Source: Barthelona sp. PCE
Lineage: Eukaryota
Direction of reading: 5' to 3'
DNA length: 64,000 bases
Assembly (NCBI GenBank): GCA_040285745.1
Contig: JAUFOR010000005.1
Coordinates: 682,001 to 746,000, forward strand
Part shown: one piece after another, positions 17,204 to 28,136 of the stretch
How the letters are laid out: every line of letters begins with the position of its first letter
How positions within the stretch are numbered: position 1 is the stretch's first letter
Translations under genes and position numbers: made by a program
Notes under the pieces: generated by a model
The model's input: only the letters and a program-made list of their open reading frames with translations
The model's database searches: none
Told to the model about the DNA's origin: nothing

Positions 17204-20200
17204 TTACACTTGGTTTGATGCCATTGGCTGCATTTGAAGATTCTCACCGGGTGTGTCGGTAGAATAAACGCTGAAGCTAGGGTCCATTTCGGGCTTACTC
17301 TCATTCTTATCCAAATAAAATGCAATAAACACGAAAATAGAAACAAATATAACAATCAAAATAATACCCCCATAAGAGGAGTCCTTTTCAACGTCTGCTG
17401 GTGGCTCATACACACCTGTTTGGAGATTGCAAGGTTTATCTGAGTAACCACAGATATCAATGAGCTCGACCTCTGTTGTAATCGTGCTGCTCCCGTTCTT
17501 GATCAAAACAAACACCTTGTCATCAATGATCTTAGAAGTTCCAATCACATCACCCGCCTCGAATACATCATATGAAGTTGATGTGGGCAGCGTGACGACA
17601 TCATTGCTGATAGGGTCATAAGAAAACAGAACGTTCCTATTTAGCGTCGACTGAGTAATACCAATGAATCGAGAGCCAATCTGACGTAGAGAGCCACGCT
17701 TTGTCGTTGCCAGATTGACATCAGTGACAACTTCCTCAATAACGTAACCGGTCTCAATGTCAACGTGTCTTGCTGTTGTGCCTTTGAAAAGCAAAATCTC
17801 ATCATTGTACACAGCAGAAGATGATTCATGATCGATGGAGTCATTGAGCGCAACAACAGTAGGTTCAATAGTGTCACCATCAAAACCAAACAAATAAGTG
17901 GTCTCCTCGCTGTTTGCATCGGTGTGGTTACCAATAAGATATGCGTTCGTCTCGTTGCTTGCGATGACCACGTTCTTGATCTCGGTATGTGGGAAGAGAT
18001 CGACACCAACATCAACAAACGAAATAGACTCGGTGTTCCAATTGATATCAATGACTCGATACTCGAACTCGCAGTTCCTTACAAAATAAAATATACGAGT
18101 CTTATTAACACCATCGATGTAGTCGAAACGAGAAGCCATGCAAGGAAGCATCGCTTCAAGATCGGCATCTGAAGTGAGGGAAACACCAACAAAGTCCTGT
18201 GCCTCCTGAATATACTTCCTTACATATGGCTCAGTTTTAGCAAGTACAAAAGCCTCATCTCCATGGCTGAAAACAGTAATAGGCTCAGTGGACTCGACGG
18301 GTGGCTTCATGTTAAGGGCGTCCTCCTTCACGATCTCAGCATCGCGAACACTAACGGAAGCGCCCGCCATTACAATGTCAAGTGAACCATCTTCATTGAT
18401 CTCAATGAAACCACCGTCGACAGAAATGGACGGGTCACGGTTGTAAGATGAGTTAGCACATGTGAACGGGGACAAAGAGCATGAATGCTTGACCACCATA
18501 TCATCATCAGCTTCTCCCATGCACACAATGGTGACACCATCAGCTGTCAGTTTCAGTGAGAGGCCAATGCACGATTCGTCCAATATCTCTTCAGTGTACG
18601 TCTCCGTTTCTTTGTTGAAGAACCCCAACGTGGTGTTAACCGTATTGTTCTTTACGTGAGCAAATACGAATCTGTCGCCAAGCTCAGCGATAGCACATTC
18701 ATCACCGCATGCTAACACGTCAGTTGCTGCATATGAAACAACGTTACCATCTGTGACAAGTTTGACGATATTTGAAGATAGTTCTGCACCTATGTGACCT
18801 CCGATAGCGTATATTACTGGGGAGTCAGCGTTGTGAAGCACACCAATAGCGCCATCTGGCATTGAAGGGCCAGCACCACCGTTGGAGTTCACATTGAAAA
18901 CTGTCCATGTATTTGTTTCGGGATCGTACGCCATCAGAACATCTGAAATGGTATAAATAATCAGTTGATCCGGATTGGCGACAGGCAGTTGCACATCTGA
19001 AGATGATACATGAGTTGGCCTTTCTCCAAAGAAAGTGAATATGTTACCAGATGATGTTAAATACACACTATTTCCATCAATAGAAATTCTGGACACAGGT
19101 TTAGAAGGTAATTTGTTAATTTCAGTCACTTTAGCTGTTTTTTCAGCTTCCTTCTTCGTGCATTTACCTGCACTCATCTCATAGCCGCTGTCGCAGACGC
19201 AGCTGGTGGAACCAAGAACACAAGTCGAATGTGCTGGGCATTTGGGGCACATTTCCTTATCACATGCAGAACCAGACCAGCCTTCGTTACATTGACACAG
19301 TCCGGGACTTACACATGTTCCTTGAGAGTTACAATCGTTGCTACAAACAGGAGATTCGCAGTTGTCGCCGCTCCATCCATCGATGCATTGGTCACAGTTG
19401 TCACCACTGAATCTTCCGATACAACTCAGCATGTTTGGACCGACACAGCTCATACGCTGATCATCGTATGAAGTTCCACAGTCGAACTCACTACAGTCGG
19501 CACCTTTGTAACCATTTTTGCAAGCACACACTTCCTCGGTTGTGCAATTTTGTCTAGTGTTACAGAGTCCGCCACATGGTAAATAACAAGCTGTCTTGTT
19601 ATCATACCAACGCTCAAACCATTCACAGCTAACACAAGCATCACCGTTGGGAGACACCCAACCGTCATTGCACTCAGCTGGATTGATAGTGCCATTTCCG
19701 AGACACTCATGACCAGGTGTGCATGCTACACAAGCACTACCATCAGTGGAGTACCAGCCTTCTGAGCATTTAACAGGGTTAATAGTACCATTTCCGAGAC
19801 ACTCGTGACCTTGTGTACATGCTACACAAGCACTGCCATCAGTAGAGTACCAACCTTCTAAGCATTTAACAGGGTTAATAGTGCCATTTCCAAGACACTC
19901 ATGGCCAACTGTACATGCTACACAAGCACTACCATCAGTAGAGTACCAGCCTTCTGAGCATTTAACAGGGTTAATAGTGCCATTTCCGAGACACTCATGA
20001 CCAGGTGTGCATGCTACACAAGCACTACCATCAGTGGAGTACCAGCCTTCTGAGCATTTAACAGGGTTAATAGTACCATTTCCGAGACACTCGTGACCTT
20101 GTGTACATGCTACACAAGCACTGCCATCAGTAGAGTACCAACCTTCTGAGCATTTAACAGGGTTAATAGTTCCATTTCCGAGACACTCGTGACCTTGTGT

Positions 20201-23200
20201 ACATGCTTCACAAATACCTCCACCTTCGGAAAACCATCCTTCAGTGCATTCAGTTGGGTTAATAGTTCCGTTTCCGGGACAACCATGACCCTGTGTACAT
20301 GTTCTGCATGCGCTACCATCAGTAGAATACCATCCTTCAGCACACTCAGCTGGATCAATGGCTCCGTTTAAGCATTCGTGACCAGCAGGACATGCATCAC
20401 AAGACTCTTGCCCGGTTGCGTTGTTGTAAGTGTTATCAGGACACTCATGAGCAAAGGTCAACCCACTTTCATTTGCAAAATGTCCATAAGGTGCATCCAC
20501 ACAAAGTGGAGATCCCTCTGTTGCGTTGGCAACCTGAGGCTTTACGCATAGTTGAGGTGTGTTGACATTTTCAATACACTCATGTCCTGCATCACATGGT
20601 TGGCAACCGTACTGATCTGCAACTGAATAGTATCCTGCTGGACAACGCTCTCCTCCATCTATTGCGGTACAATTAAAGTGCTCATCGCAGTTAGTACATG
20701 ATAAAGACCCTGAATCATTTGCATAAGTTCTCACATCACACGCCTGAACATCATCAATAGTAGCACCCCACTTATCTGCATAAAAACCAGGTTCAACATC
20801 AATGCAATGAGTTGTGTTGCTGTAAGATCCAGGCTCACAAATACTACAATGCAAAGGAGATATAACACCATACCCAACATCACAAATAGAGTCACATGAT
20901 GTGGCGTTAACAACAAGGTTCATAGTACCATTAGGACACACATTACAACCACCGCTGCTCTCATTAAAGAAAGTACCAATACGACACTGCACAACATGCT
21001 CGCCACGTGTGTAATCAATAAAGTAATTCAGGGTATCAGGGACCAAAGCGTTTGGCATCATCGAAAATCGAATGAAGAAACCCTTAAAGAACTGTGTCAA
21101 CACATATATATCACCTTCATCCAGTGGAATATGAACTGTGACACCTGACATAAGATTGTCAATACTCTGTGAAATGTTGACTTGTTCCACGATAGTATCC
21201 AAAGCATCTGCCTCTTTACCGTTCATCTGAGAAATTGGTGGATTGCCTTTGCTCACCTGAACATGAGCGCTCATAAACTGTTCATCAATAGCGACACCCA
21301 AATCGTAAACACTAATGACCATTTCTTTTTCAGTGATTCCGTCAACTTGAAGTGAAGATAGAAAATCGCCATCAAGCTTGAGAACATGAGGGCGGAAGGA
21401 ATACTCTTCATCATGATAGTACCAACCACCTTCAGCTTCATCTTCTTGATCAATGTACCTGTTCTCGCACCATGTTCCGTACTCTTTACCATTGGAAGCA
21501 GAACAGTCACATGACTCACCAGTTAACGTACCTTCAAAACAAATGTCCTCGAAAGAAGTTGATTTGTTGTTGAGCTGGTAGGCTAATGCGCCACTTGGTT
21601 CAATTTTCCCAATTATTGTTTCAACATTATACTCGGGGAAGATGGCGTTCTTGAAATGATTAAATGTAAAATCATAACCATCTGCAAAATTAAAGGTGCG
21701 GTAAGTGATTTTACCACCAAGATTGATGAAAAATTCAAAATCGATGTCAATCTCGGCATAAAACTCAACTGGATACAACATAACATTGCTTATAGCACTG
21801 GGCAACATTCTAAACTCAGTGTTGGTGACCGTAAAGGAAACATCTGTTGCATCAGCGTACATGTCTGTTGCAAACAATGTGTCCAAATCAACTACTGTGA
21901 AAAAAACCGAAATGTCAATATCAGTGTACACCTTACATACAGTGTAATCACCAGATGGAACAAAGAACGTTGACTTTTCTTTCTCTAGCACATGATTTGA
22001 TTGTCTCAGTGAATCCCATGACCATACGCCTGGGTATACACCCACGGCTGAACTATACGAAAAGTTACCAAATTCAATCTTATATGAGTCATTCAGTCGG
22101 TATGCCTTGCATTCCAGGCCAGGAACCAATTCATCCGGTTGCAGCATATGAAAGTATGTCGGATCTGTTGGCGGGTTGTCTTCAAGCGTTGTATTGAAAA
22201 GAACGGGAAGTGGTTGCACATCCATACCAATGTCCTTACCAGCCGTTGAAAAGACTGAGAATATCGTAGATTTGGAATTGAAAGACAAAGAGAATACACG
22301 ATTCGCCGTGCCAGTGGCAGTGTCTGGGGTCATGTAAGCTGAAGTCTTGGAACTTGTATACCCAGTGGCAAGGTAATCCATGTCAGGGAAGTACGGATAA
22401 TGTTCAAAATTGTCCAAACTGAATACAAATCCGAAATGATTCGATAAGCTTGTTTGGAAAACTCCATACATTCGATCGACTGGATATACATCAAATGTTT
22501 CTGTTATATAATAACCATCACTATCATTCACGTTAATGGGGGTAACAAACTGCTTCTTAACAGACAATGCACCCAAATACTTGTAGTACATTCCAAACCA
22601 ACGTGAACCCTCCTCTCCGAACGCTGCTACTCCTCCATATCCAGAATATGAAATTGCACTTAGGCCTTCTTCATAACAAATCATACCCTCCTCACAATAA
22701 AAAGCGTTTGGTGCATTTGCATTGTGATAGTAAGGTACTGATTCATCTTCTTCACCTGTTTGATGGGCGACTCGATACTTTTTGTCATCATACAAATAAG
22801 AATAGACGAATATGTTAACCTTTTGCCGAACATCAGATGCAGCTGATTGGAATCTCATATTTATACAAAGAATATCCTCATAATTACCCTCAAAAAACAT
22901 TGGTAATACTTTAATATTAGTAAATGAACCACCAGCATAAACTGGTGTTGATGAAAAATCACAATTACCAAACATATCTGAATCGAAATTATTACTGTTC
23001 TTGTCTAGGTCCAACATATATGGAGATAAAGTTGCACTCCCACTGTCCAAAGCATATGTAATTGAGTCAGATGTCCAGAAGAAGTATGGGTTAACACCAA
23101 AATGCGGATACTCGTCCAATGAGCTTGAATTAGCAGTGTCTGATCTCATGAAACAATACATGTTAACTTCTTGGCTCTCGAACGATCCTTTGACATATCG

Positions 23201-24187
23201 AGACTTGATGCAGTGTTTGGTGTCGACCGCAAATGAAGTAATCACAAGCTCTTCCGATACCCCACCGTGTAAATAGTCGCTGTATAAAGTGTTCGGGACT
23301 GAATCGAAATAAAATGCGATTGGCATGTGATGCTTGACAACATCTGGAACCATTATCCCAGGCACTGAGGCGAGGACTCTTATTGAGCTCACACTAGTTG
23401 GAATAATTGTTGTTGTAAAAACGTTACTTGCCGGTAAAATGTACTGAGACGTGTAAATATCAGAAGTGCTCTCACATTCACGCCCATTGTAACCGGCTGG
23501 ACATATACAGACTTTCAACTGACTGTCCACTGTTCCACTATTCTGGCAAGATGGTGAAGAAATACCAGACACATCACAATTGTTTAAGCATTCGCGTGAT
23601 GTGTTTGAGAGCAAGCCAAATGTTCCATCATCAACAGTAACATTAGCGTAAGCAGGAAAGACAATGGCAATACTGTATTCATCCACTAAGAAGGTGGGTT
23701 CGGGAATTTCTGACAGATCTTCCCAAGCGCTATCGTTAAAGAACGTTGTGTTTGTCTCAATAAAAACCATTCTTGTATTACTTCTCCATTCAGCAATTCG
23801 AAAATATATCGTTTGGACATCAACACCTTCAATGTTACGATAACCGTTCTTTGATAACAAATCGAAAACGATAACTTCATCATCAATAGGTACACATACC
23901 ATATTAGCACAAGGGCTGGGATTGCTCCATGGTAGAAACAGCTTCACTTTTTGGTTCAAAAATGTTACATCATAGCTAGCTGACAATTTGTCATCAGCAA
24001 CTCTAATATACTCACCATTTGTATGCACATATGAATTTTTATATGGGCCCTTCGGAAAGTAATCCGTAATTAGAGTTGCTGGCTCACGCTCAACATGAGA
24101 TAAAACTGATTTAGAGCATACAAGCAAACATAACAGTGACAGTAACATTATGTGCAGGCTCCGGGTGCACGATTGTTTCCGTTCCAT
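17204..24187 (-). CDS. Large cysteine-rich type I membrane surface protein (EGF-like and CxxGxY/GCC2-GCC3-like repeats)
   Basis: First ATG at 24187 (MERKQ; alternative 24148 MLLSLL), hydrophobic signal sequence, EGF motifs (CICPAGYNGREC, CQCNEGWSGSAC), many CxxCxxG repeats, C-terminal TM GGIILIVIFVSIFVFIAFYL and short tail. Confidence 0.88.
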   Translation of the reverse strand: MERKQSCTRSLHIMLLSLLCLLVCSKSVLSHVEREPATLITDYFPKGPYKNSYVHTNGEYIRVADDKLSASYDVTFLNQKVKLFLPWSNPSPCANMVCVPIDDEVIVFDLLSKNGYRNIEGVDVQTIYFRIAEWRSNTRMVFIETNTTFFNDSAWEDLSEIPEPTFLVDEYSIAIVFPAYANVTVDDGTFGLLSNTSRECLNNCDVSGISSPSCQNSGTVDSQLKVCICPAGYNGRECESTSDIYTSQYILPASNVFTTTIIPTSVSSIRVLASVPGIMVPDVVKHHMPIAFYFDSVPNTLYSDYLHGGVSEELVITSFAVDTKHCIKSRYVKGSFESQEVNMYCFMRSDTANSSSLDEYPHFGVNPYFFWTSDSITYALDSGSATLSPYMLDLDKNSNNFDSDMFGNCDFSSTPVYAGGSFTNIKVLPMFFEGNYEDILCINMRFQSAASDVRQKVNIFVYSYLYDDKKYRVAHQTGEEDESVPYYHNANAPNAFYCEEGMICYEEGLSAISYSGYGGVAAFGEEGSRWFGMYYKYLGALSVKKQFVTPINVNDSDGYYITETFDVYPVDRMYGVFQTSLSNHFGFVFSLDNFEHYPYFPDMDYLATGYTSSKTSAYMTPDTATGTANRVFSLSFNSKSTIFSVFSTAGKDIGMDVQPLPVLFNTTLEDNPPTDPTYFHMLQPDELVPGLECKAYRLNDSYKIEFGNFSYSSAVGVYPGVWSWDSLRQSNHVLEKEKSTFFVPSGDYTVCKVYTDIDISVFFTVVDLDTLFATDMYADATDVSFTVTNTEFRMLPSAISNVMLYPVEFYAEIDIDFEFFINLGGKITYRTFNFADGYDFTFNHFKNAIFPEYNVETIIGKIEPSGALAYQLNNKSTSFEDICFEGTLTGESCDCSASNGKEYGTWCENRYIDQEDEAEGGWYYHDEEYSFRPHVLKLDGDFLSSLQVDGITEKEMVISVYDLGVAIDEQFMSAHVQVSKGNPPISQMNGKEADALDTIVEQVNISQSIDNLMSGVTVHIPLDEGDIYVLTQFFKGFFIRFSMMPNALVPDTLNYFIDYTRGEHVVQCRIGTFFNESSGGCNVCPNGTMNLVVNATSCDSICDVGYGVISPLHCSICEPGSYSNTTHCIDVEPGFYADKWGATIDDVQACDVRTYANDSGSLSCTNCDEHFNCTAIDGGERCPAGYYSVADQYGCQPCDAGHECIENVNTPQLCVKPQVANATEGSPLCVDAPYGHFANESGLTFAHECPDNTYNNATGQESCDACPAGHECLNGAIDPAECAEGWYSTDGSACRTCTQGHGCPGNGTINPTECTEGWFSEGGGICEACTQGHECLGNGTINPVKCSEGWYSTDGSACVACTQGHECLGNGTINPVKCSEGWYSTDGSACVACTPGHECLGNGTINPVKCSEGWYSTDGSACVACTVGHECLGNGTINPVKCLEGWYSTDGSACVACTQGHECLGNGTINPVKCSEGWYSTDGSACVACTPGHECLGNGTINPAECNDGWVSPNGDACVSCEWFERWYDNKTACYLPCGGLCNTRQNCTTEEVCACKNGYKGADCSEFDCGTSYDDQRMSCVGPNMLSCIGRFSGDNCDQCIDGWSGDNCESPVCSNDCNSQGTCVSPGLCQCNEGWSGSACDKEMCPKCPAHSTCVLGSTSCVCDSGYEMSAGKCTKKEAEKTAKVTEINKLPSKPVSRISIDGNSVYLTSSGNIFTFFGERPTHVSSSDVQLPVANPDQLIIYTISDVLMAYDPETNTWTVFNVNSNGGAGPSMPDGAIGVLHNADSPVIYAIGGHIGAELSSNIVKLVTDGNVVSYAATDVLACGDECAIAELGDRFVFAHVKNNTVNTTLGFFNKETETYTEEILDESCIGLSLKLTADGVTIVCMGEADDDMVVKHSCSLSPFTCANSSYNRDPSISVDGGFIEINEDGSLDIVMAGASVSVRDAEIVKEDALNMKPPVESTEPITVFSHGDEAFVLAKTEPYVRKYIQEAQDFVGVSLTSDADLEAMLPCMASRFDYIDGVNKTRIFYFVRNCEFEYRVIDINWNTESISFVDVGVDLFPHTEIKNVVIASNETNAYLIGNHTDANSEETTYLFGFDGDTIEPTVVALNDSIDHESSSAVYNDEILLFKGTTARHVDIETGYVIEEVVTDVNLATTKRGSLRQIGSRFIGITQSTLNRNVLFSYDPISNDVVTLPTSTSYDVFEAGDVIGTSKIIDDKVFVLIKNGSSTITTEVELIDICGYSDKPCNLQTGVYEPPADVEKDSSYGGIILIVIFVSIFVFIAFYLDKNESKPEMDPSFSVYSTDTPGENLQMQPMASNQV
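19674..20345 (-). repeat. Intragenic tandem repeat, 7 x 96 bp (32 aa, CSEGWYSTDGSACVACTxGHECLGNGTINPVK)
   Basis: catttaacagggttaatagt recurs at 19767, 19863, 19959, 20055, 20151 (period 96); more diverged units at the upper end. Confidence 0.95.
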
Positions 24188-24525
24188 CAGTGTAAAAACT
24201 GCTGAACAGTATTGAAAGAGGAAACTAAAAAAAAACAAATCACAACCTATATTTTTTCAAAGTTTACAGCTTTTATGAGTTTAATGAGCCACAAATAGTG
24301 CATTAGATCAAAAATGTAGTCTCTATCTTCTTTAGTACAAGAAATTTGAAAAGAATAATTGTACCATGCGCAACATCTTTATTTTGAGGCCCATATAATA
24401 AGTTGAGCTGATAAAATGCTATTAATGTTGAATAAAACAACAATGCAACGGACAAAATTTGCAAGCGTTTCAACAATTCTACCCCTTTTCATATCACACC
24501 CATACACTCACTACAAGGATTTAAA

Positions 24526-25548
24526 ATGGAATCACAAGGGCAAGAACGATTTGAAATTACAGAAGACGATATTAATGAAGTTATGACAGCAGAAGACCCT
24601 AATGGGTTAAATGAAACAATTCCTACAATCCCCGTTGAGAAGAAACCCACTGTTGTAATAACCATTGGTATGGCTGGAAGTGGTAAATCTACTTTTTCAC
24701 AGCGTATGCAAAAGTACACCTTTGACAATCAGATAAATTCATACTACATTAACTTAGACCCAGCAGTTGTTGACCTGGGCTTCGAACCAAACCTAGATAT
24801 CCGTGATACCTTGGATTACAAAAAGATCATGACCGAATACAAGTTAGGTCCCAACGGTGCCATCATGACTTGTCTTAATCTTTTCGCAACCCAGCTCGAG
24901 GAGGTACTCACGTTCATTGATAAGCGCGCAGAGGAACTGGAATACGTCTTCATTGATACTCCAGGACAGATTGAGATGTTCACGTGGAGCGCTAGTGGTC
25001 AAATTATCGCCGAGCTTTTCAGCGGTTCTTACCCCACTGTGGCTGCTTTCATCGTGGACTCTGTGAGGTGCAGGTCCCCAATCACATTTAGTTCATGCCT
25101 CTTTTACGCCTCATCTATTCTTTATCGCATGAATTTACCTCTTCTGTTAGCTTTCAACAAGAGTGATCTCCAAGATTCAAAAATGTTATTAGAGTGGATG
25201 CAGAACCCCTTTGCATTCTGGGAGGCTTTAGACAAGACAGACTCTTACATGGGCGTGTTTGCTCGATCACAGAGTTTATTATTAGAGGCATTCTATGAGA
25301 ATATCCCTACCGCAACAATGTCAAGTATCACTGGAGCTGGTGTAGATAGCGTTTTCCAAGCTTTTGATGCTCAGCGTGAGGTCTTTATTAAAGATTACCT
25401 GCCTGCAATCCAGGAGAAGCAGGATAAGATCAAGCAAGCTCGTGATCGAAAGGAAAAAACTAGAATCCAATTGGAAATTGAGAAAATCTCAAAGGATATG
25501 TCAACTATGGGTATCAAGGTTGAAGGTACACTGGAAGATATTGATTAG
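24526..25548 (+). CDS. GPN1: GPN-loop GTPase 1 (XAB1/Npa3)
   Basis: GMAGSGKST, NLDPA, LGPNGAIMTCLNLF, DTPGQIEMFTWSASG, NKSD. Confidence 0.95.
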   Translation: MESQGQERFEITEDDINEVMTAEDPNGLNETIPTIPVEKKPTVVITIGMAGSGKSTFSQRMQKYTFDNQINSYYINLDPAVVDLGFEPNLDIRDTLDYKKIMTEYKLGPNGAIMTCLNLFATQLEEVLTFIDKRAEELEYVFIDTPGQIEMFTWSASGQIIAELFSGSYPTVAAFIVDSVRCRSPITFSSCLFYASSILYRMNLPLLLAFNKSDLQDSKMLLEWMQNPFAFWEALDKTDSYMGVFARSQSLLLEAFYENIPTATMSSITGAGVDSVFQAFDAQREVFIKDYLPAIQEKQDKIKQARDRKEKTRIQLEIEKISKDMSTMGIKVEGTLEDID

Positions 25549-25624
25549 ATGAATATCTTAATAAACAATAAATAGTATCACACTTTTGTTTTTCATTCAT
25601 AACTCCTTTTCATCATTTTTTATC

Positions 25625-27526
25625 ATGGAGCGGGCGTTTAATAGTCAGGACCCGTATAATCCTGACTTCAACCTCACAAAACAAGTGTATTACGCAGAAC
25701 TTCTACACTTTTGTCTCGAAAACATGCTAATTTTTCCTTACCACCTTTGGGAGGATATGCTTGAGGTGCGCAAGATCACACCTACGATGTACTATTCGGA
25801 TATGATTGTGAACTTGGTTCTAACCGATTATAACTATGCTCATCTCCCTAACTTCACCGCAAATGATATTAAACGTGTGATAAATGTGAGTAGAAATGAG
25901 TTTATCGATCTTATCCAAGCAAGCAAATCAAGGTTTGGAATTTTTAAGAACAAAACAAAGGGGCTTAAGAACCTGATCCCTGAAACGCAACCGTTCGCCG
26001 CGTTTGACGACATGAGTGACCTCAAATACCTGAAGGTGTGCGGAATGCCACCCAGTATGGTCAGTTCATCAATCTTAAACAATGAAGAATCTGTGTTTTT
26101 TGATCTTTTAAAGGATAATGCGCCAACATCGATTCCAATTCGCGTGCTCAGTGCCATGTACATTAAGAATGTCATCCGTATTGACTATGTCGTCACAAAA
26201 AATGCACTTTTCATTACCGATTTCGACAGCTTCGTCATGAACACTTCATCTGAATCACTGCAAGAGAAACTTTTGTACAGAATACTCATGGTATTAGACG
26301 GGCGCACCAGCGTTCAGGAAGTTGCAATCATTTTGGATGAAAGTCCCGTGCTCATAAAACGCTATGTAAGTTTACTATGGAGGATGCGTTTGATAAGAAG
26401 AACAACTCCTGTAGAAATGGCAAAGCTCAACTGTTTGGTAGTCGATTCATCTCTCACCTCCCTCCTCATGGTAAATAATTTTGGCACTGACCTTATCCCA
26501 TTTGCTGTCCGTCTTTTTGAAGCCGGGAGGATTTTCTCTAACGACATTCGAAAAATATCTGATGCCCTACAGACGATTGAGGAGCCGCATAAGGAACTTC
26601 TCGAGACGGAATTGGGCGTGTGTTATAGGAAACTTGTTGTTTTGAGAGAATTTCTAAGAACTCCGTTTGCACAGGAGCTTGATATCATTAACCTGGAGTC
26701 TATTGACAACTTACAGGTACAAGAGCGTGCTGCCGTCCTTAGTATGCGCTATTCATCCGTTGTTCTTCTGGAGCAGGCCGTTACAGACTGCATTCCGCTT
26801 CCCATTGTCTTGGGTGGTGCGTTTCCACGATCTCTGCGCCTGTACACTGTCCTTGATCTGTACCGCCGGATGGGCCACGTGTCAAAGGGCGCCCTGATAC
26901 CGTGCGGTATTCAATTAGAACACATTCCGGATGTTGTCGAGCAGGATGATATTGTACTGTTAAGGACTAAGGATTCATTCAACGTGCATATCACGGACTG
27001 TTCAAACTTTTTAGTGGACGTCAACTCACGGCTGCTGACGAGTGCACTGTTACTGACCGTGCATCCTGCCAACACATACATCATTAACGTTGCTTTCCCA
27101 GTGCTTGATGATTTTGTGTATGAAGTAAGTGATATCGAGACTGTGGGCAGTTCAGCACACGATGTTGTTGATATACCTTTAAAGGACAGTACAATACTTG
27201 AGATTAAGGGTCTCATCAGCACCATCGAAGCCAAGGTGCCGATCACAACCAACCTCGGCTACATTCGCTTCACATACTCAATCACACAAAGCGGCTATAG
27301 TATCAAACCATTTGATATTATATTCGGTCTAGCTCTGTTCTCGCAGAAGTTTAGCGACCACGCTACCAAAGCGTTTGCCCAGTTGAACATGCTAGATAAA
27401 GATCATTTGGCAGAGAGTCATAAGCAGACGATGGTTTATGTAGATAAACTTAAGACTTTTGTTTCACAGCAAAAGTATGTCAATTCGACATTTGACTCCA
27501 CCACACTTGTGTCTTTTGGTCTTTAG
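25625..27526 (+). CDS. FAM91A1: FAM91A1-like protein
   Basis: FPYHL, ITPTMYY, LPNFTAND, RNEFIDL, EKLLYRI, DSSLTSLLM, LFEAGR match the recalled FAM91 family pattern; first ATG at 25625. Confidence 0.8.
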   Translation: MERAFNSQDPYNPDFNLTKQVYYAELLHFCLENMLIFPYHLWEDMLEVRKITPTMYYSDMIVNLVLTDYNYAHLPNFTANDIKRVINVSRNEFIDLIQASKSRFGIFKNKTKGLKNLIPETQPFAAFDDMSDLKYLKVCGMPPSMVSSSILNNEESVFFDLLKDNAPTSIPIRVLSAMYIKNVIRIDYVVTKNALFITDFDSFVMNTSSESLQEKLLYRILMVLDGRTSVQEVAIILDESPVLIKRYVSLLWRMRLIRRTTPVEMAKLNCLVVDSSLTSLLMVNNFGTDLIPFAVRLFEAGRIFSNDIRKISDALQTIEEPHKELLETELGVCYRKLVVLREFLRTPFAQELDIINLESIDNLQVQERAAVLSMRYSSVVLLEQAVTDCIPLPIVLGGAFPRSLRLYTVLDLYRRMGHVSKGALIPCGIQLEHIPDVVEQDDIVLLRTKDSFNVHITDCSNFLVDVNSRLLTSALLLTVHPANTYIINVAFPVLDDFVYEVSDIETVGSSAHDVVDIPLKDSTILEIKGLISTIEAKVPITTNLGYIRFTYSITQSGYSIKPFDIIFGLALFSQKFSDHATKAFAQLNMLDKDHLAESHKQTMVYVDKLKTFVSQQKYVNSTFDSTTLVSFGL

Positions 27527-27584
27527 ATGAAAATAAAACCTGTTATGTTTTTTTTACTTCATTTCATTCCTGAGTCTATTTTAA

Positions 27585-28136
27585 ATGGATAAAAGGGCGC
27601 TTGGTTGGAGTTCTGTGGTGTGTGAATTTTGTGAAATGGTGGTTCACGTTCTTTTGTATAAATGGAAATTGTATCCTGACAGCTTCTTTGAATCACGCGT
27701 TTATTTGGGCATAACCATCCCACATTGTAGACATCCGACCATAAAACAATATATTACTGATTCAGTTCAGATGGAGAATATGATAAGTCAACAGAAAGTC
27801 AAAGCCATACGTGTCACAGCATTTATTGAACGGGGATTTGTTCTTTCACATCGTACTATAGCGATACAGTACCCTGCTTCAGTTGGTAAAACTACTTATA
27901 TGGTTAAAACGAAACAAAATATCAGAAACGCGTTACTAGAAATCATAGAAGCAAACTTCAAGTACCTCAACGAGGAAGACAGTGGCAGGCAGCTGTTTCG
28001 CATAGAACGTGTTGTTGTTGACGAGGATTTGGTGAATTTAAATGAAGAAATGGAAATAATTGAACCCATTCCGATAAAAAATGTTGATATTCCTGCCAAA
28101 TGTAGAATAGGACGTGTCGATGTTACGTTTTTATGA
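27585..28136 (+). CDS. HORMA-domain protein, REV7/MAD2L2-like
   Basis: CEFCEMVVHVLLYKWKLYPDSFFESRVYLGITIPHCRHPTIKQYI resembles the REV7 N-terminal HORMA pattern. Confidence 0.8.
   Translation: MDKRALGWSSVVCEFCEMVVHVLLYKWKLYPDSFFESRVYLGITIPHCRHPTIKQYITDSVQMENMISQQKVKAIRVTAFIERGFVLSHRTIAIQYPASVGKTTYMVKTKQNIRNALLEIIEANFKYLNEEDSGRQLFRIERVVVDEDLVNLNEEMEIIEPIPIKNVDIPAKCRIGRVDVTFL

Noticed and set aside
19674-20345. CRISPR-like regular repeat
   Set aside because: Contiguous 96-bp coding units without unique spacers; no cas genes; eukaryotic context.
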